Shown piece after piece: positions 38,808 through 51,475 of a stretch of 64,000 nucleotides of DNA. The notes beneath the pieces are model-generated. The model did no database searches. It was not told where the DNA came from and saw only the letters and a list, made by a program, of their open reading frames with translations. Both the position numbers and the translations under genes were made by a program. The stretch is from Octopus sinensis (lineage: Eukaryota). The stretch covers positions 4,836,001 through 4,900,000 of the forward strand of contig NC_043022.1 of assembly GCF_006345805.1 (NCBI RefSeq), written 5' to 3'. Positions within the stretch are counted from its first letter, which is position 1. Every line of letters begins with the position of its first letter.

Positions 38808-39920
38808 CTTCATCATCATCATCGTTTAACATCCGCTTTCCATGCTAGCATGGGTTGGACGGTTCAACTGGGGTCTGGGGAGCCCGAAGGCTGCACCAGG
38901 CCAGTAGGATCTGGCAGCGTTTCTACAGCTGGATGCCCTTCCTAACGCCAACCACTCCAAGAGTGTAGTGGGTGATTTTATGTGCCACCGCCACAGGTGC
39001 CAGACGAGGCTGGCAAACGGCCACGCTCGGATGCTGTTTTTTATGTGCCACCGACACAGGTGCCAGACGAGGCTGGCAGACGGCCACGCTCGGATGGTGT
39101 TTTTTATGTGCCACCGACACAAGTGCCAGACGAGGCTGGCAGACGGCCACGCTCGGATGCTGTTTTTTATGTGCCACCGACACAGGTGCCAGACGAGGCT
39201 GGCGAACGGCCACGCTCGGATGGTGTTTTTTATGTGCCACCGACACAGGTGCCAGACGAGGCTGGCAGACGGCCATGCTCGGATGGTGTTTTTTATGTGC
39301 CACCGACGCAAGTGCCAGACGAGGCTGGCAGACGGCCACGCTCGGATGCTGTTTTTTATGTGCCACCGACACAGGTGCCAGACGAGGCTGGCAGACGGCC
39401 ACGCTCGGATGGTTGTTTTTTATGTGCCACCGACACAAGTGCCAGACGAGGCTGGCAGACGGCCACGCTCGGATGCTGTTTTTTATGTGCCACCGACACA
39501 GGTGCCAGACGAGGCTGGCGAACGGCCACGCTCGGATGGTGTTTTTTATGTGCCACCGACACAGGTGCCAGACGAGGCTGGCAGACGGCCATGCTCGGAT
39601 GGTGTTTTTTATGTGCCACCGACGCAAGTGCCAGACGAGGCTGGCAGACGGCCACGCTCGGATGCTGTTTTTTATGTGCCACCGACACAGGTGCCAGACG
39701 AGGCTGGCAGACGGCCACGCTCGGATGGTGTTTTTTATGTGCCACCGACACAGGTGCCAGACGAGGCTGGCAGACGGCCACGCTCGGATGGTGTTTTTTA
39801 TGTGCCACCGACACAAGTGCCAGACGAGGCTGGCAAACGGCCACGCTCGGATGGTGTTTTTTATGTGCCACCGACACAGGTGCCAGACGAGGCTGGCGAA
39901 CGGCCACGATCGGATGGTAT
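38808..39920 (-). mobile_element. Family D SINE-like element with an expanded internal minisatellite
   Basis: Typical family D 3' end at 38808-38975 runs directly into the array. Confidence 0.85.
38978..39918. repeat. 63-bp minisatellite, 15 units, with a 5-unit higher-order repeat
   Basis: Unit ttatgtgccaccgacacaggtgccagacgaggctggcagacggccacgctcggatggtgtttt; the variant order of units 3-7 is repeated in units 8-12. Confidence 0.95.
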
Positions 39921-40490
39921 GAGAAAGAAAAAGAGATGTGAGTCCAGTTAGGTATTAAGTATAACTCTTGTAAACTAGCAGCAAAATGTGAAGAATCAAG
40001 ATTAGAAATCTTTTTTGGAAACCTCCAAATTAAAGGACAAATCTACATTCAACCTTTTTACACCTATATACTCTATTGTTTCAGTCATTTTACTGTGGCC
40101 ATGCTGGAGCATCGCCTTTAGTCAAACAAATTGACCCCAGGACTTATTCTTTGTAAGCTTTAGTACTTATTCTATCGGTCTCTTTTGCCGAACCACTAAG
40201 TTACAGGGATGTAAACACACCAGCATCGGTTGTCAAGTGATGGTGGTGGGGACAAACACAGACACACAAACACACACACACATATATATAAATATACATA
40301 CATATATACGACAGGCTTCTTTCAGTTTCTGTCTACCAAATCCACCCGAGGCTATAGACACTTGCCCAAGGTGCCACGCAGTGGGACTGAACCTGGAACC
40401 ATGTGGTTCGTAAGCAAGCTACTTACCACACAGCCACTATAATTAATGTGTGTGTGTGTGTGTGTTGTGTGTGTGTGTGTATCAATACAG

Positions 40491-40599
40491 AGCAAATAAT
40501 TCAGAAGAAAATATTTGCAAAGATATTATTGACTCTATTATTATGGTAATGCATGCTGTGGAAGATGAGGCTATAATGCCAGTCCAGAAACCGGTCCAT
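40491..40599 (+). CDS. Candidate exon of an unknown gene
   Basis: tacag| after a (TG)n tract, CAT|gtaagt donor, open frame ANNSEENICKDIIDSIIMVMHAVEDEAIMPVQKPVH; the acceptor is weak. Confidence 0.2.
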
Positions 40600-40774
40600 G
40601 TAAGTCCAAATACTTGAATGCTTGCTGAGAGATTGTTTTAGCTCATTTGCCTTCAGACAGTTGATTTCTGTTGTTATTATTAGTGTATTTTGATGATTTA
40701 AATAAGAGCTTTGACTGTTATTTCCAGCTTGCAAACATACTTAATATGTCCTTTGATTAATTTTAATCCTTCAG

Positions 40775-40829
<55 letters not shown>

Positions 40830-41744
40830 ATGTGATCTCTTGATATCACATGATGACTGGCCAACCCATCAGATGTTGTTACACATTGCTGGTCACAATG
40901 CGCTTTTTTGCATTGTTTTAATCTTCAAATAACGCCACCCTGCTGGTTAAGGGAGCAAGCCAACAGTCCCCCCCTGATTGAAGGAGGGACTGAAGCAAAG
41001 TGAAATGAAGTGTTTTGCTAAAGAATACAACGCCCCATGCGGTCTGGAAATCGACCCCACTGTGAGTGCAACAGTCTAATCACTAGGCCACACGCCTTGG
41101 CTGTATGCATACATATACATATCCATATGTGAACATCTGCTTCTTCCAAAGTCCACTCACAGGGCAACGGTAGGAGACATTTGCCGACGACGCCATGCAG
41201 TGGGACCATGCATGAAATCACAAGGTTACAAATGAAATTTCTTAACCACACCGCAACCATAAAAAAAATGTAGCAAAATAACAACAAAAAAAAATACAAT
41301 GGGAAACAGAAACATTCAAAGAGAGACGGTAAAACTCCTGACAAAAAAAAAAACAAGAAAAAATCATTCAATTTGGTCAAATAATTTTCTTTGGACAAAT
41401 AATGAAAATGAAGAACTTGAAAGCCGAAAGTTATCCCAGTTTTCCAACATCACCTGTGCATAACCAAATTGAAATTTAGTGAATTCTTTGAAAACAGCCA
41501 CTTGGGTCCCTAACAAAGCTAAGTTGAAAATAGCTTGGCAGATCAAAGGGAAATCACATATAATCAATGGGGAAAGGCTGAAAGAAGGGAGAAACGGCAT
41601 GATGGGGAGGTGGAGTTGGTGGTGGTGGGTGGGGGGGAAGGTGGTGATGGAACGGTTTGTCAGGCTGAATGGTGAAGAATTTTCTGACGGATTTAGAATT
41701 GGAAGAATGGTAAACCTCAATTTTTACACCATTGTAACACACTA

Positions 41745-41776
41745 CACATCATCATCATCATCACCATTTTCATTGC

Positions 41777-41807
<31 letters not shown>

Positions 41808-42003
41808 GTCGTCATCATCATCAATCATCGTCATCCTCATCATCATCGTCATCATCAATCATCGTCATTGTCATCAATCATCGTCGTCATCGTCATCATC
41901 ATCAATCATCGTCATCGTCATCATCAATCATCGTCATCGACATCATCATCATCATCATCATCATCAATCATCGTCATCAACCTCATCGTCATCGTCCCCA
42001 TCA
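41745..42003. repeat. (CAT)/(CGT) trinucleotide tract
   Basis: Directly visible. Confidence 0.95.
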
Positions 42004-42471
42004 ACATTTAACATTCTCTCACCAACCATAGGGGTGGGACGGTCTGACAAGGGCTGGTCAGACAGAAGACTGCACCAAACTCCACAGTCTTCTTTGGCAT
42101 GGTTTCCAAAGCCGAATGCCCTTCCTGATGCCAACCCCTTTCGTGCGCTTTCCACGTGGCACCAGCAGCAATGATGTCACCAAATAACAATTGAGAGGTG
42201 ATGTGTTTACCGAGGGAAGGAGGTGCTTTGCGACAGATATGAGGTTAAGCCATGCCAGAGAGACAGTAAGAGATGTCTTGCTGTGGAAGAGGTGCAGTCA
42301 GAAAAGAGAGGGGTGGTTAGAGAGGAGGAGGGAGAGATAAGATAATGGACAAAGATATGATAGGGACATACAAGTTGCAAGGAGACACATATATAAGTAG
42401 AACCAAGGATCAGACAAGCCGAAAGGAGGTTGGAGGATGACGTGGAGGGGTGTTAGTTGAGGGATCACTGC

Positions 42472-42506
<35 letters not shown>

Positions 42507-42509
<3 letters not shown>

Positions 42510-42900
42510 TTATATATAAAAGTAAGGTTGTGTGTCTGTCTACTCCGATTTAGATTCCTAACTACTCCCACATTTTGCGGTGCAGTGTAACCAAAACCGG
42601 GTATCTTATAGTCGTGATTCATATCGAGCCCTTCTGGGTATTAGCGCGCGTCTACGATGAGTCTACGATTTTAAAAATAATTTACCATCATTTTTTTCCA
42701 TATTAATGCATATTTTTTTTAATATAAGGGAAGTAACTCTCTAAAAATATCTACGATGAGTCAACGATTTTAAAAAAAATTTACCAGAATTTTTTTCCCA
42801 TTTTTAATGCATTTTTTGCTATTTTTTGGCTATAACTCTCTAAAAATGCTGTATAGTTATTTCCCTTACAAACCCGAGCAATGCCGGGCAATACTGCTAG
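42507..42900 (+). mobile_element. Non-autonomous Helitron
   Basis: 5' TC, 3' CTAG, inserted between A and T, subterminal hairpin cccgagcaatgccggg; internal ~115-bp direct repeat (tctacgatgagtc.acgatttt). Confidence 0.88.
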
Positions 42901-43007
42901 TATATATATAATTCATAAATGAGGGTGAAAAATTTGATATTAATTTAATAATACCATGAATTTAACACCAAGTGGCTTAGCACATAAAAACCAGGGATAC
43001 AATACAA

Positions 43008-43048
<41 letters not shown>

Positions 43049-43359
43049 AGAGCGACCACTATGTGGTCTACTCTAGTGCTAAAAATAGATCCGCTATGGT
43101 ATAGCCACTAAAAAATTGTCTCTGAGTAGAGATAACACAACGTTTAACGAGGGGCAAATGAAAAATAACGAAAAAATAGATTAAGCCTGAACAATTGTTT
43201 CATTATTAATGTAAATGTAATTTTACTTACATGACATTTATAAATCATCAGGATCTCGCTGCAACATATTTCACTTCCATCCACCCCACCCACTTCCTTC
43301 ACCTCAGAGAAATTTAAAAACAAAAAAATTAACGTCGCTCCCAACTGGATTTAAAATGC

Positions 43360-43742
43360 GAGTGGTTTGCGTGGTAAGTAGCTTGCTAACCAACCACATG
43401 GTTCCGGGTTCAGTCCCACTGCGTGGCATCTTGGGCAAGTGTCTTCTGCTATAGCCCCAGGCTGACTAATTCCTTGTGAGTGGATTTGGTAGACGGAAAC
43501 TGAAAGAAGCCTGTTGTATATATATATATGTGTGTCTGTGTTTGTTCCCCTAGCATTGCTTGACAACCAATGTTGGTGTGTTTACGTCCCCGTCACTTAG
43601 CGGTTCGGCAAAAAGAGACCGATAGAATAAGTACTGGGCTTACAAAAGAATAAGTCCCGGGGTCAAGTTGCTCGACTAAAGGCGGTGCTCCAGCATGGCC
43701 GCAGTCAAATGACTGAAACAAGTAAAAGAGTAAAAAAGAGTA
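43360..43742 (+). mobile_element. SINE family A
   Basis: Family A body and tail. Confidence 0.88.
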
Positions 43743-43954
43743 AACAAAGTGATACAGAAATTCCACACCCTTCTGCATCATGCACTCTGTCGCTGTTGTT
43801 GTTGTTGTTGCTGTCACTCACGTTGCTCCCCTGACGTGTGTATATTAAAGATGGCGTCAGTCTGCATGTTTACAGATCATGCATATGTGTCGGATAACGA
43901 TGATCAGGACGCGACCACCACTCAGAAGCACTTCAACATGGTATGTTTGGTCTC

Positions 43955-44189
43955 AAAAGACGGCGAGCTGGCAGAATAGTTAGCACGCCGGGCGAAATGC
44001 GTAGCCGTATTTCGTCTGCTGCTACGTTCTGAGTTCAAATTCCGCTGAGGTCGACTTTGCCTTTCATCCTTTCAGGGTCGATAAATTTAGTACCAGTTAC
44101 GCACTGGGGTCGATGTAATCGATTTCATCCGTTTGTCTGTCCTTGTTTGTCCCCTCTGTATTTAGCCCCTAGTGGGTAGTAGAGAAATA
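43955..44189 (+). mobile_element. SINE family C, full length with TSD
   Basis: 15-bp TSD ggtatgtttggtctc at 43940-43954 and 44190-44204. Confidence 0.92.
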
Positions 44190-44974
44190 GGTATGTTTGG
44201 TCTCTGGGTGGGCGCAGAATTCATTTAGGACCAAGGTGGACGTGTTTGTTGATTTTACTACTATTTCATCAGTGGCCTGTTATGAGCTTGGCAAATAATG
44301 CCTGCATGCACACACATGCATGCCTGCATGACATGTGCTCACACACACAAACATACACACAAACATAAACACACTCATACAAACACACATATACACGTGA
44401 AAAAAACACAAACACACACATCACAAATACACACTTAAGAAACACACACACAAACACACATATACATACACATGCATACACACAATAACACATATACACA
44501 CACACACCTGCAAACACACACATCACAAACACCCATACATACATACATACATGCATGCACACACGTATATGCTTACATACACACATACACAGACACGCGC
44601 ACACATATACACATACATACACACATACATGATGCTGACAAATAGTCGTAGAGACATCAGGGGGCCTTCCTGCCAATGCTAAGCAATAACGAACATTTCC
44701 CCAAGACAGTGTTTGACACCTTTACCAAGACTGGCACCAGAAATGACCGTTTTTGCTCAGAATCTATCAAAGACATTTCATTTATTTCATATCGGAACAA
44801 ATAGTCAGATGGGATTTCCAGAACACTTCTCATTGAGTTGAAGACTGAACATCGTTGTGGCAACGAACACTTGCCGATGCCGACACGCAAGCACCAGCAC
44901 TGGTAACAACAACAACAACAACAGCGACGGTCTGCAGTGGGAATTGTAAATAGAGACATTTTAATAGGATTAAT

Positions 44975-45495
44975 TAATTCATCATCATCATTGTCATCAT
45001 CATCAACAATGTTATTATCATCATCCTCATCATCATTGTCGTCGTCATCACCATCACCATCACTACCACCATCATCATGATCATCATATTTATCATCATC
45101 ATCATCATCGTCATCATTATCATCATCCTCATCATCACTGTCATCGTCATCACCATCACCATCATCATCACTACCACCATCATGATCATTATATTTATCA
45201 TCATCACTGTCATCGTCATCACCATCACCATCATCATCACCATCACTACCATCATGATCATTATATTTATCATCATCATCATCACTGTCATCGTCCTCAC
45301 CATCACCATCATCATCACCATCACTACCATCATGATCATTATATTTATCATCAGCAGCAGCATTGTCATCATCCCTATCATCGTTGTCATCAACATTATC
45401 ATCATCAGCACCATCACCATCGTCATAACCATCATTGTCACCAGCATCATCATCATCGGTATCTTCACCATCATCATCATCACGATCATCCTTTA
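44975..45495. repeat. (CAT)n-derived tract with ~60-80 bp higher-order units
   Basis: cactacc(acc)atcatgatcat(t/c)atatttatcatc recurs four times. Confidence 0.9.
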
Positions 45496-45623
45496 GCACC
45501 CATTCCAAATTCTGTCATGGGTTGGACAGTTGGTTCGACAGGGTCCAATGGGCCCAGAGACTGCTTTATGCTCCACTTTCTTTTACTTTGGTATGGTTTC
45601 CATGACTGGATGCCCTTCCTTAA

Positions 45624-46243
45624 CCCCTTACCCAACAGTTATTTTGAAAATAAATGTATTTTTTCAGACCTATTTTTTAATTGTTTTATTTTACTATGTT
45701 TTGAATGGTGATTTCGAGGTATATTTCAAACCTTATTTATTATGAATTTTAATTCAATAATATTGATTTTAAATTACCGCTTTGGGCAGAAACGAGTTAA
45801 CCCGTTTTTTTCATAAATCATATTACTTTTACAAAAAATCATCAGATGTATCCAACCCTCCAAGAGAAGCTTCATAATCGCTATCATCATCAGAGCTCGA
45901 CATGGTGGGGTTATAATATAAAGGTATAAAAAAAACAACGTAAAAACAAAGTGAATACTTCTATTCATAAAATGTGCCTTCCAACCCTTCGACTGTCTCC
46001 AGGTGACTAAATCATACTCGGTCTTCAATGCCTTACTCAAGCAAAAGGTGGCAGAAATCGTCACTGCCGGATGTATAAAGTGGGCGAATATACTCGTATA
46101 TGTCAAAAAAGAGTTTATAATAGACAAAGGAACTCGTTTGCTGTCGATTTTGGCGAGTCTATCTTTTGACGAGTTAACTCGCCAGAGATAGAAAAAAACG
46201 ATTTCGGTCAAAACGCATATATTCGTCTCTGCCAGGTAAGGGG
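45624..46243. mobile_element. Non-autonomous piggyBac-like element
   Basis: TTAA flanks (45620-45623, 46244-46247) and terminal inverted ccccttacc / ggtaagggg. Confidence 0.8.
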
Positions 46244-46254
46244 TTAAGAAGGCT

Positions 46255-47145
46255 TTTTCTATGGGATGCTTACCTCCCCTGTCAATGTATATAAATTGTG
46301 CACTATATGCAGTCTTAAGCGTTTTAACAACATTTCCAAGTGAACTTTTGTTTTCAGCAGCTGCACTATTGTGGCTGGTATGCAGCTCGCAAGGTCATAG
46401 ATCCTTAGGAAATGAGTGAGGGAGGAGCAGTTTAAACTAGGAAAATTTATGGCTGATTTAGCGAAATGCTAATGTGTATACAGGAAATTAACATAAGCAG
46501 CTAGGCACAATATAAAACCACAAAGGAAAAATTTAATCATCACTAATTTTTAGTATACACATTATATTTCACTAAGCTAACCATAAATTTATATGGGAAA
46601 TATATATACTGATGAATGGATTTAGCTAAACCATCCAAGCAATGGAGTAGGCACTACTGATGAGTGTGCAACTAACTAGATGCAATCTAGTCCAGCGCTT
46701 CTAGCTTTGCTCATGGGGTGGTTATCTCTCCGGTCAGTGTATATAAATTGTGTGTTTCATAGTTTTAAGGGTTTTAACTCTTATTTCTAGCAATAGAGGT
46801 GCTATTCAGCACCCTCAGTCACAATTGGTGACGATTAAATTTTGTCCTTTATGCTTTTATATTGCACCTCAATGCTTATGTTAATTTTTAGCATACACAT
46901 TAGCATTTTTAGGCACTGCTGATGAGTCTGCAACTAACAGGCAAAGCTAGTCTAGTCCAGTGATCCTAGCTTTGCTCATGGGGTGGTTATCTCTCCTGTC
47001 AGTGTATATTAATTGTGTGCTACATGCAGTCATAAGGGTTTTAACTCTCATTTCTTACATGATTCAGCATCCTCAGTCACAATTAGTGATGATTAAATTT
47101 TTCCTTTATGGTTTTATATTGCACCTTACTGCTTATGTCAGTTGC
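46255..47145 (+). repeat. 262-bp tandem repeat with hammerhead motifs (retrozyme / Penelope pLTR-like), plus partial and inverted copies
   Basis: CTGATGAG at 46657 and 46919 (offset 262); partial copy at 46255-46340; inverted fragment at 46460-46545. Confidence 0.75.
46914..46962 (+). ncRNA. Type-I hammerhead ribozyme-like motif (GAAA box altered)
   Basis: cactg-CTGATGA-gtctg caactaa caggc-aaag-ctag t ctag-TC-cagtg; stems I, II and III can form; predicted cleavage after 46957 if GAAA is restored. Confidence 0.6.
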
Positions 47146-47623
47146 TAGTATTCCCTACCACATGGTTCCAGGTTCAGTCCCACTGTGTGATACCTTGGCC
47201 AAGTGTCTTCTACTATTAGCCTCAGTCCCTGACCAAAGCCTTGTGAGTGGATTTAGGAGACTGAAACTGGAAGAAGCCTGTCATATATATATATATATAT
47301 ATATATACATACATATATTTGTGTGTGTCTTTGTCCTCCCCATCACTGCATGGCAACTGGCATTGTCGTGTTTGTGTGCCTGTAACTTAGCAGTTTGGTA
47401 AAAGAGAAGAATAAAAGAATGAAAGAAAATACACACACACACATATATATATATAGAGAGAACAGTTGCCATATTCCCTTCTATATCAACTAACTTGATG
47501 AGCGTAGAGTTATATAATTGGGTTACTACCTAACACTCCATTGCATTCTTTACATGAAACCGATTGGTAAGACCAGCTGTGATGGATACTTAATACTATA
47601 AAATCCATATAATATGTATATAC

Positions 47624-48051
47624 CATGAAGTATATTTGCCAACTAAATGTGATGGTCCCATAGAGGACGATGCTACTGTTGTTTTTAACGCCAGGAGGAC
47701 ATCTCCAGCTGGCTAATGACACACTGTCTGTGTCTGATTAGTATTTGCAAAGGGAAATCATTGTTCCCATCTCTAGCCTTGCTTGGTACACACAGACCCA
47801 GGTTTCTGGGTAGTAACCCATCATTACTAGCTGGTGATTATCACACACTGAGGATGGGTTACTACCCAGAGACCTGGGTCTGTGTGTACCAAGTAAGGCT
47901 AAAAATGGGAATGACAATTTCACTTCGCAAATACTAATCAGACACAGACAGTGTGTCATTAGCCAGCTGGAGATGTCCTCCTAGGGCTAAAAATATCAGT
48001 AGCATCGTCCTCTATGGGACCATCACATTTAGTTGGCAAATATACTTCATG
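47624..48051. repeat. 428-bp palindrome (two ~199-bp arms, 30-bp loop)
   Basis: Arms 47624-47822 and 47853-48051; mirror ORFs appear on both strands in the track (MTHCLCLISIC..., MSLASWRCPP...). Confidence 0.95.
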
Positions 48052-48306
48052 ATTCCCTACTACTACTGTTTGCTCCTTGCTCAGAGATTTAATATTGAAT
48101 ATATACATACACACATATATATATATACCTACACATACACACACACACACACATATATATATACTTACTCACACGCACACATGCATTTAGAGTGAGAGAG
48201 AGAGACAGTGAGAGGTGGGGGGTATAATAGAAAGGGACATATACACAGTTACACAGACCAAGAGACAGAAAGTCTGAGTGATGGATAGAGAGAGAGAGAG
48301 AGGAGC

Positions 48307-48392
48307 AGAGTGATGCAGAGCTGGAGGCCCGAGCAAGCATTTATAGTGAAATCCAATGGTGACCTCTACCTCCTCGTCTTGTGTGACGTTGG
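48307..48392 (-). promoter_or_regulatory. Candidate TATA/Inr core promoter firing leftward
   Basis: Minus strand CTATAAAT (48339-48346) lies 31-34 nt before an Inr-like GCATCACT; TGACGT at 48384-48389; sits in unique sequence between microsatellites. Confidence 0.35.
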
Positions 48393-49139
48393 TGTCAACT
48401 TCAAGGGAAATGGAGAGAAGAGGTGAAGGCTGAGGATTGGGGGGGTGGGGCAGGTGGCTGGAGGGATTACTACCTTAATTCTTGTGGTTGGAGGATGAAA
48501 AATTTGGTGGAGATGATGGTGGTGGTGGTGGTTGTGGTGGTGGCAGTGATGGTGGTAATGGTGGTGGTCATGGTGGTGATAATGGTACTGGTGGTAGTGG
48601 CAGTGGTAATGGTTACAGTGATGGTGGTGTTGTTGTTGGTGGTGGAGGTTGTGGTGTTGGTAGTGGTAATGGTGGCAGTGGTGTTGTTGTTGGTGGTGGT
48701 GGTTGTGTGTATGTGAGAGTAGGAGGAGCAGGGAAAGATTGGGTGAAAGGGAGGGCAACAGAAAGACGGGGGTGGGGGTTAAAAAGAGAGAGAAAAGGAA
48801 AGAGAAAGAGAGGGTGGACAAATGGCGGTGCCCCAGCATGGCCACAGCTCATAAGCTGAAACTGGAAAAATCAAATCAAATCAAATCAAAATCAAATCAA
48901 AATCAAAGGAAGGAATAAGAGAAGACAAAGTTGTGAGAGAGAGAGAAAGAGAAGGTGAGAAGGAAAGAGGGGGAAAGAGGGAGGGAAGAGTAAGAAGTGA
49001 TCTTCTGCCGCTTCTAATGACCAGCTTTGGTAAACTCTGTTCCCTATTAATTGTTAAGCTTTATTGCAGGGCAATGGCATTTCGCCACCAAGTAATTTTC
49101 TGGACCAGGTTTTGTCTCAAAGACTGAAAATGAGATGTT

Positions 49140-49720
49140 TTAGAGTGACAGAAGAGGATGATGAAGATGATGATGATGATAATGATGATGAAGATGAGGG
49201 TGGGAGGTGGTGGTGAAGGTGGAGGGTGAGGGTGGTGATGATGAGAGATTGCTCTGTCATTATATTAAGCATGGTTTCATCACTGCCACTACTGCCACCA
49301 CCATCATCCTCATCACCACCACCGTCATTGTCACCACCACCACCATCACTACCACCTCCACTAGTATCATCACTGTTATTATTATTGCCACCACCACCAC
49401 TACCATCGCCACCACCACTAACACCACCATCATCACCATCACCACCACCACCAACGCCACCACCACTAACACCACTGTCATCACCATCACCACCACCACC
49501 ACTACCATTGCCATCACCACTAACACCACCGTCATCACCATCGCCACCACCACTAAAACCACTGTCATCACAATCACCACCACCACCACCACCATCGCCA
49601 CCACCACCACCAGTCATCACCATCACCACCACCACTAACACTACCGTCATCACCACCAACACCACCACCATCGCTAACACCACCATCGTCATCACCATCA
49701 CCACCACCACCATCATGATA
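49140..49720. repeat. (CAC)/(CAT) trinucleotide-derived tract; similar tracts at 48500-48720 and 50110-50450
   Basis: Directly visible. Confidence 0.93.
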
Positions 49721-50716
49721 GAAAATGGAAAAGTAGCAGCATGTGGCACTGGTTTCTGTGGGCATCAGTCTGGGTTTATTCCAAGAATTTCATCAATTCA
49801 CACAATCTACAGACACCCTCTCCCTCTCTCTCTCTCTCTCTCTGTTACTTTCTTTCTCCTTTCTCTTTTGCAACAAACCAAAGAGCTGTGGAGAAACTAA
49901 ACCCAATGGAATGGTATCATGGAATATTCCAGTAACCAATGCAATGCCTCGCTTTCTTTCTTCTCTTCCCTTTGACTCGTAACCTTGGCTTCGAATTGGT
50001 CGCTTTGAAAATCTTTTCTTTTTGTTTGTGTCCTTGGTAGAATCCCTGCCATTCCAAACATGGCAGTGCCCAGGAGAGACACAGTTTCCATTATTGTTAT
50101 GTGAAGTGTGGTTTCATCAATGTCATCGTCCTCCTCATCATTATCGTCATCATCATCATAATCACTGTCATCATTGTCATCACCACCACTACCATCGCCG
50201 TCGTCAATATAATCACCATTGTTATCCTCCTCCGCCATCATCACCATCATCATTGCCACCACCATCCTTCTCCTCCTCCTGCTCCTCTTCCTCTACTACC
50301 ACCAGCACCATTACCACTGTCATCGGCACCTCATTTCCACCACCACCACCACCACCACCACCACCACAATTATCATCATTATCATTCTTGTTGTTCTTAC
50401 TGTGATCATAGTAGGTTGTCATCACCATCATCATCATCCTTATCATCATCCCTGTCAAGCTGGCCAATCACAAGGTCATATTGTACCCTTAAGCGAGACA
50501 CTTCGTTTCCTGATGCTCCAATGCGTTCAAATGAAAATATGTTTAAGCAGCAGCGACAGCAGCAGCAGTAGTGATAGCAGTGGTGATAGCAGGAGGAGAT
50601 TGACTTTGCAATTAACGGCTAACGATCCTTCATGAGAATTGTGTCATTCAACACATCAGACAATAAACAAAACAAAAAAAATAAAGAAGAGAAGCCCTCC
50701 TGATTAAATGAGCAAG

Positions 50717-50935
50717 CAGGGGTTGCTGGGAAGTTGCTGGCTTTGGGCAAAAGAAAATACAGAATGAGGATCAGTTAATTAGAATTTTGTTCAACACATT
50801 CCCCTCTCAGATTCACACACTTATTGCAGTGGTCCTTCAGTTTTTCTCAGTCCTGTAAAAATTCTCGGAAGTTTGGATCTCCAGCTAGGCCGTTTGTGAC
50901 ACCCTTAATGCTAGGAACTATTCAGCACCCCTCGT
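50717..50935 (+). mobile_element. Mariner-type MITE, third copy
   Basis: TIRs aggggttgctgggaagttgctggcttt / aatgctaggaactattcagcacccctcg; body matches 3033-3262. Confidence 0.8.
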
Positions 50936-51203
50936 ATATTTGTATGTATACATACATTTGGAATAAAACCATGTTGTCTTCGAAACATATGTCGAGAGTA
51001 AAGGAATTTTGTTAACATTTTTGTTCAACTCCATTTATTTATTTATTTACTTATAACACACAAATTTCTGCACATGAACCCGGACTTTCTACCATTGGAT
51101 AGGTTGCTTCAACCGTGTTTCTGACATGAATTTGCTACCCTGGTATCGGTTCATCAAATTTTCCATGTTAACAGTAAACAAAGGATAATTCATTCACCTT
51201 TCG

Positions 51204-51234
<31 letters not shown>

Positions 51235-51244
51235 ATATATACAT

Positions 51245-51475
51245 AGGGCAATGTTTTGTGTTCACCTAATCTCAGCCAATATTAATTTGTTGACAAAAGT
51301 TTTCCCAGTGCCCCCAGGAGCGTCCAGGAAAAAAATCCCCCCAGCTTTGGCCCGGATTGAATTAACAACAGAGTTGTAAGCGAACTTCTGTTCTGGAAGG
51401 AGCTTTGGCTCATTGTCGGCTATGTACTCGGCAAGCTCGGCAACATTACAACATGTCTCACGCAGCAAATGTGAA
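51245..51475 (-). pseudogene. Helitron PIF1-like helicase fragment
   Basis: NEPKLLPEQKFAYNSVVNSI...GGIFFLDAPGGTGKTFVNKLILAEIR (Walker A in the Helitron/PIF1 context); fused to a SINE A head fragment. Confidence 0.88.

Noticed and set aside
38978-39918. CRISPR-like appearance and ~320-aa ORFs in the 63-bp array
   Set aside because: The units are contiguous with no unique spacers and no cas genes, and the context is eukaryotic. The ORFs arise because the unit length is a multiple of 3 and lacks stops; one extra T shifts the frames.
43229-43299. Minus-strand exon candidate with a GTAAGT donor
   Set aside because: The acceptor is an atypical GAG and the peptide is unrecognisable, so support is insufficient.
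44657-45508. 283-aa Asp-rich ORF resembling molluscan acidic shell proteins
   Set aside because: A (GAT)n tract is necessarily open in the Asp and Met frames. There is no signal peptide or splice evidence, and similar tracts are scattered through the window.
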